Source of the DNA: a virus
Lineage: Duplodnaviria; Caudoviricetes
DNA: 46,363 bases
Direction: 5' to 3' (one strand)
Virus record (IMG/VR): IMGVR_UViG_3300021082_000043
Span: 1 to 46,363 of that record
In this document: positions 35,401 to 44,500 of the stretch, piece by piece
How the letters are laid out: each line of letters opens with the position of its first letter
Numbering within the stretch: the first letter of the stretch is position 1
Program-made: the position numbers and the translations under genes
The notes under the pieces: model-generated
The model's database searches: none
What the model saw: the letters and a program-made list of their open reading frames with translations, nothing else
What the model was told of the DNA's origin: nothing

Positions 35401-36186
35401 TACGAGAAGAGCCAGCCACAAAACCCCCAAGACGCGGCGATCTTGAAGTTCGACCTCGCCGCGGCGTGGTACCAGTCAGGGTTTGAGGCCGAGCCGCCCG
35501 GCTACCCGATCCTGCTCTTGGCCGATTACGAGCGCACCGGCACCAATTTTGTCCGGCTCTCGATCGATCTGTCGCGGCTCCTGTACACCTCGAGCGGTTT
35601 CTATGTGACGCCCGAGGACGGTGAGGGCACCCTCGTCAAATCGATCACGATCGACGGCGCACAACTCCCCGACGAGGTGAGCCCGATCACGCCTGGCGCG
35701 GGGCCGAACGCGGGCCCGAAAGGGATCTGCCCGCTCTACACGGGCGGCTTCCTCTTGTGTAACGGACAGGTGGTGCAACGGTACGACGACGACGGCGCGC
35801 TCGTGCAGACCTACACGCCGAGCGGGCCAACGCCGCAGTCGCTCTCGGATATCGACCTGACTGCCGATCGCCTGCACTTCTACTGCTACGACATGGGCGT
35901 GAGTCGGTTCTACAAGATGCGGATCTCCGACGGCGTGCAGATCTCGACCTGGTCGACGTTCGGCTACCCGGGCTCGTCGCACTCGTTCGTCGTCTATCGG
36001 CCGGATCGATTCGTCGATGTGCCCGAGGTGCCCGAGGAGTGCGTCGTCGAGGTGCCGTCGATCGGGTGCCTGGACGATCCGCCGCCGTCGGTCTCGTGCG
36101 CCGACCCGACCGCGTCGTCGACCGGCGCGACCTGGTCACCGACACATTCACCCAACGTGCAGCGAGTCGGCTTGAGGGGTTCCTAG
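32437..36186 (+). CDS. Large multidomain virion/adsorption protein (LamG-like N-terminus, beta-propeller-like C-terminus)
   Basis: 1249 aa; YHLAVV...AKLYV...KLFHFAMTPAQIRLE...AHWPMD...QDVSGNERHL resembles ConA/LamG; C-terminal repeats resemble propeller blades. Confidence 0.6.
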   Translation: MLYSPTGVPLALMEAPDLTPGATLMGWWRPSAVVAGYQIFWEIDSPAWSFLNTVWVGLELNSMNFALEMWNDPHDEYDVASEVAIAGLAYHLAVVVAAGGKAAKLYVSNEALTMDALEVASVANADFDPTDVGVVDGGIQSDTSKGNTKLFHFAMTPAQIRLERDRWQCVETPWAHWPMDRRAYVQAQTRIQDVSGNERHLDNYVVQGFGADTLDPSILRYTYAGATRRVVGAAATAAAAVTTINVAVPAGAYSSGNDVVAVNDAMILSLVHGGADWAVVPAAWTLVQRGLSGVMRLEVYRKNYGMLAGVPTAEVTPVAITGIDGGIGRIVVYHGLEHPDAIEIASSVKTGDNIRPNCDVLETGDDWGPACLDVMVVGFDSNTAIFTDTWRATSGGVDDSLGSEDDQADVDLDPNTAGEAFNSVFAGFQLWLFDSVKVGKGEASGWRMDSTVADEDPWVVCRVVLKPHDVPFARRHYYSTGRTGLTHTRSTDFPGDHGVDDHYYSPGAWNNWVIYNKLEPRKDRAGGGTDDNWTSNEEVAVAWHEYVVPLRPCTYPDTTLLKVNYYTEIDENYTGFSTTSVTVRFKGRVYLTTSLTDLSEATVLVEDWVSGAMFARGTRQYITEEIELPAFSTDVEAYIVLVWGMVFEDIPLPAVHYPNPTEWVTVKNLTGAGDLGGNMRVARNDGPESGNKDGYAPWVEFSDFLVPVARPDPPANQTRATSIVIDPGDVPGYCSGLIDTRGATSPMHALWWEFTPDADGEFIFHVFGSTAQTVVKVWNDAADAVIESVQEDEDLVGGIGCVSWWRGNLTGGVTYRIQTRRGRDQNTSAWSGQVQLWVETVRLPQADDIFVPEGNGNTIMVWREGHLINVSAFNASGWVAGGVAIDYTGRPMLDYRNVGDPGSHDLEHTGERLAILMHDTAIPPGNPYVIILDLFTLNPNEQPIDYIFWDGQVGVTPFGAGSLEVDAAGFMYAGSEGWFSKVAGGTISYEKSQPQNPQDAAILKFDLAAAWYQSGFEAEPPGYPILLLADYERTGTNFVRLSIDLSRLLYTSSGFYVTPEDGEGTLVKSITIDGAQLPDEVSPITPGAGPNAGPKGICPLYTGGFLLCNGQVVQRYDDDGALVQTYTPSGPTPQSLSDIDLTADRLHFYCYDMGVSRFYKMRISDGVQISTWSTFGYPGSSHSFVVYRPDRFVDVPEVPEECVVEVPSIGCLDDPPPSVSCADPTASSTGATWSPTHSPNVQRVGLRGS

Positions 36187-36188
36187 CC

Positions 36189-36968
36189 ATGACACCAGAA
36201 CAGATCGCGAACACAACGCTTCTGCACCTCGGCATCACGCTCGAGATCGTTGACGTGGACGAGCTCACGCCCGAGGCGACCGTAATTCGGCGTCTTTACG
36301 ATCACGTGCTGCGCGGGTGCCTGCGTCGCCACCCCTGGAGCTTCGCCACGAAGTACGCCGACCTTACACTCGTGCGCGGGCCGTTCTGGGACACGGACCC
36401 GTCGGAGCTCGTGCTCGTGCAGGCGTACGACGCCGACGCGAGCTACGTGATCGGCGACGTCGTGCGCCAGGCGTCGGTGAACTACTACTGCATCCTCCCG
36501 GTCAGCGGGACCGCGCCACCCGACGCGACGTACTGGTCGACCGACGCCGCCGACGCGCCGAGCTACGCGAACGGCGACTGGATGTACGGCTACCGCTACC
36601 CGTCGGACTGCCTGAAGGGGCGGCGCATCGTCGACGACGGCATAGGCCGCTCCGACCACGAGCCCGAGATTCCCTGGCGCCGCGGCCGCGACGAGAACGG
36701 TCTGCTCATCTACACCAACCGGCCGGCGGCGACGCTCGAGTACACGATGCTCGACTGCATCGACCTCTGGACCGACGACCTCTTCCTCGCGTACTTCACC
36801 TGGACGCTCGCCGGCGAGTGCTGCCCGGGCCTCGAGAAGGCGCAGAAAACGAAAGCCGAGTGCATGCAGATCGCCGAGGTCTGGTACCGGCGCGCCGGCG
36901 GCTCGGACATGACCGAGCAGCAGCAGGAGCCCGAGGACAACGACGCCGAGTGGATTCGGAAGCGGTAG
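36189..36968 (+). CDS. Tail tubular protein A / adaptor (T7 gp11-like)
   Basis: QIANTTLLHLG...LYDHVLRGCLRRHPWSFATK...YGYRYPSDCL. Confidence 0.8.
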   Translation: MTPEQIANTTLLHLGITLEIVDVDELTPEATVIRRLYDHVLRGCLRRHPWSFATKYADLTLVRGPFWDTDPSELVLVQAYDADASYVIGDVVRQASVNYYCILPVSGTAPPDATYWSTDAADAPSYANGDWMYGYRYPSDCLKGRRIVDDGIGRSDHEPEIPWRRGRDENGLLIYTNRPAATLEYTMLDCIDLWTDDLFLAYFTWTLAGECCPGLEKAQKTKAECMQIAEVWYRRAGGSDMTEQQQEPEDNDAEWIRKR

Positions 36969-36971
36969 CCC

Positions 36972-39161
36972 ATGGCACTAGAAGCGATCGTTCATCGTGC
37001 GTTCAGCGACGGCGAGATTGCGCCGGCGCTCTCGGCTCGAGCGGATCTCGCGCTCTATGGGCGCGCGCTGCGCACGTGCCGCAACTTCCTCGTGCAGCGC
37101 CATGGCGGCGTCGCGAACCGATCGGGCACGCAGTTCGTCGCCGAGGTGAAGGACTCGAGCGCCTCGACCTGGTTGCTCAAGTTTGTCTACAACGCGACGC
37201 AGACGTACGTGCTCGAGCTCGGCGAGGGTTACATTCGATTCTTTCGCGACGGCGAGCGGATCCTGGTGTCGGGTGTCTCGGCCTGGTCGGGCGCGACGAC
37301 CTACAACCCGGGCGACCTGGTCGACGTCGCCGGCACGAATTACTACGCGATCACTGAGAGCCTGAACCAGACGCCGCCGAACGGTACGTACTGGTACCCG
37401 CTCACCGACAATATCTTCGAGATCCCGACGCCGTTCCTCGCGAACCTGCACCTCGTGCGCGCCGTGCAGGACGTGAACGTCGTCACGCTCACGCATCAGG
37501 ATTACCCCCCGCAGGAGCTCACGCGGCTCGCCGACACGCAGTGGACGCTCGCGCCGATCATCACGCAGCCGTCGATCGAGCCGCCGGCGTCGCCGGCCGC
37601 GACGCCCGGTACCGCCGGCGCGCTCAATCCGATCTACCTGGTGACCGCGGTCGCCGCGGAGACGTTCGAGGAGTCGATCGCGTCGGCGCCGGCGACGTGT
37701 GCGCTTGCCGCGGAGCCGACCGACCTGGCGCCGAACGTGATCACCTGGACATCCGTCTCGGGCGCGGTCGAGTACCGCGTCTATAAGGACCCGCTCGGCA
37801 ACGGCACGTTCGGCTACATCGGGACCGCGACCGGCGTCGAGCAGTTCAACGATGGCGGGTTCGCGCCGGCGTTCGATCTCACGCCGCCGCAAGCGCGCTC
37901 GCTCTTCGCGTCGGCCAACACGTACCCGCACACCGCGGCGTACTACCAGCAGCGCCGCGTGTTCGCCAACTCGCACGCGCAGGTCGCGACGTCGTGGGCC
38001 TCGAGGATCGGGTTCCCGTCAAACTTCTCGATCCGCTCGCCGCTCCAAGACGACGACGCGGTGACCTGGGGACTGAGCGGCCGCCAGGTGCAAGGGATCC
38101 AGCACCTCGTCGGCCTGAAGCGGCTCCTCATGCTCACCGACGGCGGTGAGTGGATCGTGCACGGTGACGAGGCCGGCGTGCTCACGCCGAGCTCGATCCA
38201 CCCGGATCAGGATGGCTTCTCAGGATCCGCGGCCGCGCCGGTGCCGACGGTGCTCGGCTCGACGGTGATCTTCACGCAGTATCTCTCGCGCGTCGTGCGG
38301 AGCTTGCGGTTCAACGCCAACTTCGACGGGTTCGAGTCGTCCGATCTGACCATCTTTGCGTCGCACCTCTTCGCGAACACGGTCGTCCGCATGGATGCCG
38401 CGCTCATCCCGTTCTCGATCGTCTGGTGCGTGCGTGACGACGGCGTGCTCCTGGGCCTGACGTATCTGCCGGAGCTCGAGAGCTACGGCTGGCACCGCCA
38501 CGACACCGGCGCGAGCGGCCTGTTCGAGGACGTGTGCGTCGTGCCTGAAGGCAGCGAGCACTCGGTGTACGTGCTCGTCAACCGCACCGTCAACGGCTCG
38601 ACGGTCCGGTACCTCGAGCGGTTCGCGCCGCGTGTCGTGCCGACCGACGCCACGCTCGAGGATCAGATTTTTCTCGATTGCAGCATCACGCAACTGGACA
38701 CCGCGACGACCTCGGTCACCGGGCTCGACCACCTCGAGGGCGAGGAGGTCTACGCGTTCGCCGACGGCCTGGTGCAGGGCCCGTTCACGGTCGACGGCGG
38801 CGAGATCACCCTGACGACGGCCGCGGCGCTCGTGCACGTGGGCCTGCGCATCACGGCGGAGCTCGAGACGCTCGAGCTCGACGTCGCCGGTACCGACGTC
38901 CGCGCGAAAGAGAAGCGGATCCAGTCGATGTCGGCGATCGTCGAGAGCTCGGTCGGCGGCTTCTACGCGGGGCCCGACGAGGACCACCTGCACCGGCAGC
39001 GTCACGACACGTGGTTATCGGCGACCGGGCTCAAGAGCGATCAGTTCGAGGTAAACCTCACGTCGGCGTTCAACAAGCACGGGCGCACGGTGATCCGTCA
39101 CGTGGACCCGACACCGTTGTCGATTCTCGGGCTCATCCCGAAGTTCCAGGTCGGAGGATAG
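36972..39161 (+). CDS. Tail tubular protein B / nozzle (T7 gp12-like)
   Basis: AFSDGEIAPALSARADL...NFLVQRHGGVANRSGT, YPHTAAYYQQRRVFA, YGWHRHDT, GLDHLEGEEV. Confidence 0.88.
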   Translation: MALEAIVHRAFSDGEIAPALSARADLALYGRALRTCRNFLVQRHGGVANRSGTQFVAEVKDSSASTWLLKFVYNATQTYVLELGEGYIRFFRDGERILVSGVSAWSGATTYNPGDLVDVAGTNYYAITESLNQTPPNGTYWYPLTDNIFEIPTPFLANLHLVRAVQDVNVVTLTHQDYPPQELTRLADTQWTLAPIITQPSIEPPASPAATPGTAGALNPIYLVTAVAAETFEESIASAPATCALAAEPTDLAPNVITWTSVSGAVEYRVYKDPLGNGTFGYIGTATGVEQFNDGGFAPAFDLTPPQARSLFASANTYPHTAAYYQQRRVFANSHAQVATSWASRIGFPSNFSIRSPLQDDDAVTWGLSGRQVQGIQHLVGLKRLLMLTDGGEWIVHGDEAGVLTPSSIHPDQDGFSGSAAAPVPTVLGSTVIFTQYLSRVVRSLRFNANFDGFESSDLTIFASHLFANTVVRMDAALIPFSIVWCVRDDGVLLGLTYLPELESYGWHRHDTGASGLFEDVCVVPEGSEHSVYVLVNRTVNGSTVRYLERFAPRVVPTDATLEDQIFLDCSITQLDTATTSVTGLDHLEGEEVYAFADGLVQGPFTVDGGEITLTTAAALVHVGLRITAELETLELDVAGTDVRAKEKRIQSMSAIVESSVGGFYAGPDEDHLHRQRHDTWLSATGLKSDQFEVNLTSAFNKHGRTVIRHVDPTPLSILGLIPKFQVGG

Positions 39162-39163
39162 CG

Positions 39164-39661
39164 ATGCTCGGCACCACGCTCGGACTCATTGCGCTCGGCA
39201 CCGCGATCGCGGGCACCGCGGTCTCGGCCGTCGGCCAGGTCAAGGCCGGCAACGCCGCGAAGCGCGCCGGCGACTTCAACGCGAACATTCTCGAGCAGCA
39301 GGCGGGCGACGCGGTCGTGCGCGGCCGCGAGGAGGAGTCGCGGTTTCGGACGCAGGTGCGCAGTCTCATCGGCTCACAACGCGCTGGCTTCGCCGGCCAG
39401 GGCGTCGACGTCAACAGCGGGAGCGCGCGAGAGGTGCAGCAAGACGCGGCGCGCCTGGGCGAGCTCGATGCCTTGCAGATACGGGCCAACGCGCAGCGCG
39501 AGGCCTGGGGGTTCAACATGGACGCGGAGAACGCACGCATGGGCGGCCAGGCCGCGCAGAGCGCCGGCCGATGGGGCGCCGCGGCAACGGTCACCACGGG
39601 CGCCGGCTCGATCCTCATGGACCGATACGGCTGGCGCCGTAACCCCTCGAGGGCGTCGTAA
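39164..39661 (+). CDS. Internal virion (ejection) protein, gp14-like
   Basis: Hydrophobic Gly/Ala N-terminus; GSQRAGFAGQGVDVNSGSA motif; position. Confidence 0.75.
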   Translation: MLGTTLGLIALGTAIAGTAVSAVGQVKAGNAAKRAGDFNANILEQQAGDAVVRGREEESRFRTQVRSLIGSQRAGFAGQGVDVNSGSAREVQQDAARLGELDALQIRANAQREAWGFNMDAENARMGGQAAQSAGRWGAAATVTTGAGSILMDRYGWRRNPSRAS

Positions 39662-41547
39662 TGCCTCGCGTCGAGCGTCTCCAGCGCAGCGTGTCGACCC
39701 GGGCGCTCCCGGGCGTGCGTCGCACCCCGCAGCAGGAGGGCGCCGGCGTCGGCGAGGCCGTCTCGCAGTTCGGGGGCGCGGTCGCGCGTGTCGGTCTCCA
39801 GGCCCTCGCTGAGGTCTCGCAGCAGGAGCGGCAACGCGCGTACACCGTCGAGCGCACGACGGCCGAGCGCCAACTGGGCGAGCTCGAGCAGCAGCTGACC
39901 ACGGACCCGGAGCACGGCATCGTGAACGTCCGCGGGAAGGACGCGCAGGGGCTCCGCGGAAAGCAGGCGCCGCTCTACGACCAACAGGCCGACATGATCG
40001 CAGCCAACCTGAAAACGCCCGAGGCGCAGGACTGGTTCACGCAGGCGCGCTCGCAGCGCCGGCTCGGCCTGCTCGAGACGATCGACCGGCACTCGACGCG
40101 CGAGCTCAACGAGTACGAGGTCGGCGAAGCGAAGGCCGGCATCCTCACCGCGTCCAACCTGGCGATCGCGAACGCCGACAACCCGCACCGGCTCGCACAG
40201 GAGCTCGAGAAGATCGACGTCCTGATCGAGTCGCACGCCGGCGTGCTCGGCGTCGGCGGGCCCGAGGCGCGCCAGGCGTTCCGCGACGACGCGCGCTCGA
40301 AGATTCACGTCGGCGTCGTCGAGCGGCTCATCACGCTCGAGCGCGACCAGGACGCGGCCGACTACTTCGCGGAAGTCAAGGACCAGATCAGCGGATCACA
40401 GCTCGAGGCGCTCGAACACAAGCTCGAGCTCTCGTCGACCGAGGGCGAAGCGCTCCGCACCTCGAACGAGATCTGGGCGCAGTTCGGGCCGACCGACGAC
40501 GTCGAGGCGATCCCGATCGACAAGATGGAGGACGCCGCGCGCGCGAAGTACGCGAACGACCCGAAGAAGCTCAAGGCGACGATCGACTGGCTCCGGCAGC
40601 GCAAGATCGGCACGGACGCCGGCCGGAAGGAGCGCGAGGACGCGAGCTTGAATAGCGTCTGGGGCGGCGTCATGGAAGGCAAGTCCATGCGCGAGATCCA
40701 GCAGACGCCGGAGTTCGTGCAGGCGCCGGCGAAGGTGCAGGTGCAGGTGCGCGACTACTACCAGCGCCAACTCGAGCACCAGGCGACGCTCGGCTACCAG
40801 GCAGAGGCTCGAGCGGCGTCGGCCGAGGCCCGCGCGTTCAGTCGCGAGCAGCGCCTCGAGCGGCAACGCGAGATGCAGACCTGGGCCCGGTACGCGGAGC
40901 TCTCGGACCCGGCCGTCCTGCGCAGCATGACCCGCGGTCAGATCCTCGCGCAGCTGCCGACGCTCGGCCAGGCGAACACGGGCCGCCTGCTCAACGATTT
41001 CGAGCAGACCTTGCGCAGCGACGCGACGGTGCGCGACGCGACGATCGACGCCGACCTGTTCAGCGAGATCGCCTACGACGCCGGGCTCGAGTACGCGACG
41101 TTGACGCCCGGGCAACGGAACGAAACCGAGAACGCGAACATCGGCCGGCTCCGCGCCAACGTCGAGGACGCGATCGCCTCGGCGCAAGGCCGCAAGGGCG
41201 GCGTGCTCACCCGCGAGGAGAAACGCGTCGTGATGCAGGAGATCGTCGACAGCAAGGTACGCGTCTCCGATTGGTTCTTTGACAGCGACACCGTCGGCGC
41301 CCTGGTGACACCCGAGACCCGCGGCCAGGCGTACGTGCTCATCGACGACATCGACGCGAAACCCAAGACCTACGGCACCGCGTACGGCCAGGCGCTCAAC
41401 TACCTCCGCGGGCTCCCGGGCCAGGCACGGAAGAGCGACGCCGAGCTCCGCCGGCAGTTCCAGGGCCGGATCGAGAAAGCCGTCGGCCGCTCGTTCAGTG
41501 GCGCGTCGCGTCAAGAGATCGAAAACGCCCTGAAAGGTCTGGACTGA
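39661..41547 (+). CDS. Internal virion (ejection) protein
   Basis: 628 aa helical protein between the gp14-like gene and the giant ejection gene; TAATG and TGATG couplings. Confidence 0.7.
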   Translation: MPRVERLQRSVSTRALPGVRRTPQQEGAGVGEAVSQFGGAVARVGLQALAEVSQQERQRAYTVERTTAERQLGELEQQLTTDPEHGIVNVRGKDAQGLRGKQAPLYDQQADMIAANLKTPEAQDWFTQARSQRRLGLLETIDRHSTRELNEYEVGEAKAGILTASNLAIANADNPHRLAQELEKIDVLIESHAGVLGVGGPEARQAFRDDARSKIHVGVVERLITLERDQDAADYFAEVKDQISGSQLEALEHKLELSSTEGEALRTSNEIWAQFGPTDDVEAIPIDKMEDAARAKYANDPKKLKATIDWLRQRKIGTDAGRKEREDASLNSVWGGVMEGKSMREIQQTPEFVQAPAKVQVQVRDYYQRQLEHQATLGYQAEARAASAEARAFSREQRLERQREMQTWARYAELSDPAVLRSMTRGQILAQLPTLGQANTGRLLNDFEQTLRSDATVRDATIDADLFSEIAYDAGLEYATLTPGQRNETENANIGRLRANVEDAIASAQGRKGGVLTREEKRVVMQEIVDSKVRVSDWFFDSDTVGALVTPETRGQAYVLIDDIDAKPKTYGTAYGQALNYLRGLPGQARKSDAELRRQFQGRIEKAVGRSFSGASRQEIENALKGLD

Positions 41548-44500
41548 TGCCGCAGCGTGGGATCTTCCCCGAGGAGCCGTCGCCGCTTGGACCCGCACCG
41601 CCGCCGGCGGGCCGGCCGCTCTTCCCGGCCGAGCCGATCTCGAGCGACCCGCTCCGGCAGACCCTGAAGGACGCCGAGGACCTGCCGGCCGAGGAGGCGG
41701 CCAAGGTATTCGACCTCCGGCTCAAGACCGGCCTGCCCGACGCCGTCATTCGCCGGAACCTGCCGGAGATCGAGCGCGAGGCGGCGCGGAGCGACTTCGA
41801 CGCGGCCAAGTTCCGCTCGAGCTCGCCGCTCCTGGCCGCCTGGCTGACCGAGAACCCGACGACGGCCGCGGCCGCGCAGGACGACCTGCCGACGCTTGGG
41901 TTCCTCGAGAAAACCCTGGCCATCGGCGCCAACAGCGCTCGAGCGTTCGCCGCCGGGCTCCCGCGCGCGAACGCCGGCCTCTTCGGCGTGGCGCAGGCCG
42001 GCGCCGAGATGATGGGCGCGACCGGGTGGGGCCGCTATTTCGAGGCCGCCCGCAAGCAGGCCCTGGACATCGCCGAGCAGGCGAAAGGGGCGCAAACGGG
42101 CGCTGGTGCGTCCGAGCAGGCCTTTTACAGCGGGTTCGAGTCGATCGGGACCATGATCCCCGGCCTGGCGATGTCGCTCGCGAGCGGCACCCCGGCGCCG
42201 ATGCTCGCCACGATGGGCGCCTCGACCGGCGGGGAGGCCTACGGCCAGGCGCGCGACAAGGGCGTCGGCGTGGGGCAGTCGGCCATGTTCGGCGCCTCGC
42301 AGGCGGCCGTCGAGATCGCGACCGAGCAGATCCCGGCGTCCTGGCTCCTGAAGGACCTGGCCAAGCACGCCGGCGTCGTCCGAACATTGCTCCACCAGGC
42401 GGCCGCGGAGATCCCGGGCGAGCAGATCGCGACGGTGCTCCAAGACCTGAACGAGTGGGCGACCCTCAACCCCGACCGTCCGTTCTCGACCTACCTGGCC
42501 GAGCGCCCGTCGGCGGCCGCGACGACCCTGATCGCCACGTTGACGGCCGTCGGCACCCAGACCTCGCTCGCCATGGCCGGCCAAAAAGTGCTCACGGCAC
42601 AGCAGCAGCGCGTCGAGGCGGCCGACCGCGAGGCGTTTTTCGACGGGCTCGAGAAGGGGGCGACCGAGAGCAAGCTCATCGCCCGGCTCCCGCAGGCGGC
42701 GCAGGAATTTCTGCAACGGGCGACCGCCGGCGGGCCCGTCGAGCACCTCTACGCGCCGGCCGACACGTTCGCCGAGTACTGGCAGTCGAAAGGGGAGGAC
42801 CCGGTCGCGAAGGCCGACGAGCTCACCGGCCGCCGCGGCGCCCTGGCCGAGGCGCGCCAGGCCGGCACCGACCTCGTCATTCCGACGGCGACGTATGCCG
42901 TCAAGGTCGCGCCGACCGAGCATCACGCGTTTTTCTCCAAGGAGCTCCGGCTCCGGCCCGACCAGGCGAACGCGCGCGAGGATGCCGAGCTCCGCCAGGC
43001 CGTCGCAGAAGCCGAGGCGGAGGAGACCGCGGCCGCGCCGGCGCCGTCACCCGCGCGCGAGGCGGTGCGCCTGCAGGTCGTCGACCAGGCGCTCGCCGCC
43101 GGCGCCCGGCCGGAGGTCGCCGACGCCTGGGCCGCGCTCTGGGCCGACCGCGTCGTCGCTCGAGCGGCCCGGCTCGGTATCGAACCCGCGGAGCTCCTGA
43201 AGCAGCAGCCGCTCCCGCGTATCACAAGCGACACGCCGGCACCAGGTACAGAACAGGGCTCGGAAATTGAGCCCAAGGTGATCCCCCCCTCGCAGGCGAG
43301 CAAGGGCGAGACGCCGGCGCAGCGCGAGCGGCGCGCGAACGTCCACCTCGCCGCCCTGACGTCGGCCGTCCTGCGCGACGCGCGCAAGGTCGACCCGCGC
43401 GTCGACGAGGCGACCATCCGGCGCGAGCTCCAGACGCGCATCGAATTCGAGACCGAGCGGCAAGGCCTGCAGCGCGAGACCGGCGCCGGGCAAGACCTGC
43501 TCCGCGCGATCGCCGGCTACGGCGGCATGTGGTGGAGCCCGAAGAGCGGCATGTACCGCGGCGAGGTCGAAAAGCTCGCGCTCGAGAGCAGGGACAAGAC
43601 GACCGCGCGCGATCGCGGCACCGTCTACGCCCGGCCGGCGTGGAACGGGGTGTACGGCGTGTTCGGCGAGGGCGGCCTGCCACCCGACACGATCCTCGAG
43701 TCGCTCCGGCAAGACCAGCGGTTCGAGTACCTCGAGGACATCACCGACCTCTGGGACGCGATCGAGACCGCGCTCGTCGCCGAGGCCGACGTCGACGCCC
43801 TGCCAGGCACCGACGAGCTCGCGCGGCTCGGCGTCGTGCCGGGCACGAAATGGTGGGGCGACCAGTGGGTCGAGGACGTCGTCGACGAGGACGGCGACAT
43901 ATCGTTCAACGTCGACGAGTTCGGGCAAGGGCTCTTCGACGACCCTGAGCCGCCGGCCGCCGACCTGCTCGACACCGGCGAAGCGCAGCCGCGGCTCCCG
44001 GGCGCCGAGAACGTGCGCGAGCAGAACATCGCGACGCCGGAGTTCGAGGCGCCGTTCTCGCTGACGTCCGAAGTCTCGAAAGCCAAGAAGGGCCGGCAGT
44101 CGTCGCTCTTCCAGACCGATACATCGGCTTTCGAGGCGTGGTTCGGCGACTCAAAGGTCGTCGACGACAAGGGCGAGCCGCTCGTTGTGTATCACGGCAG
44201 CGTGACGCGCGGCGTCGAGGCGCTCGACCCGGCGGCCGCCGCGGTGCGACCGCGCACCGGGCCGCCCGGCGTCTACTTCACGAGCGACCAGGCCGCGGCC
44301 GCCAACTTCACGCGCGCGCCTGGCGCGAAGCTCGGCACGCCTCGAGGTTCAATCACCGCGGCGTATCTATCGATCCAGAACCCGCTCGACATCACGGCGG
44401 CGATCGCGCAGGGCCAGGCGTCCGGCCTGTCGTTCGGCGACGCGAAGCGCCAGGCGTTGGCGGCTCTGACGCCCGAACACGACGGCGTGATCTTCCGCGG

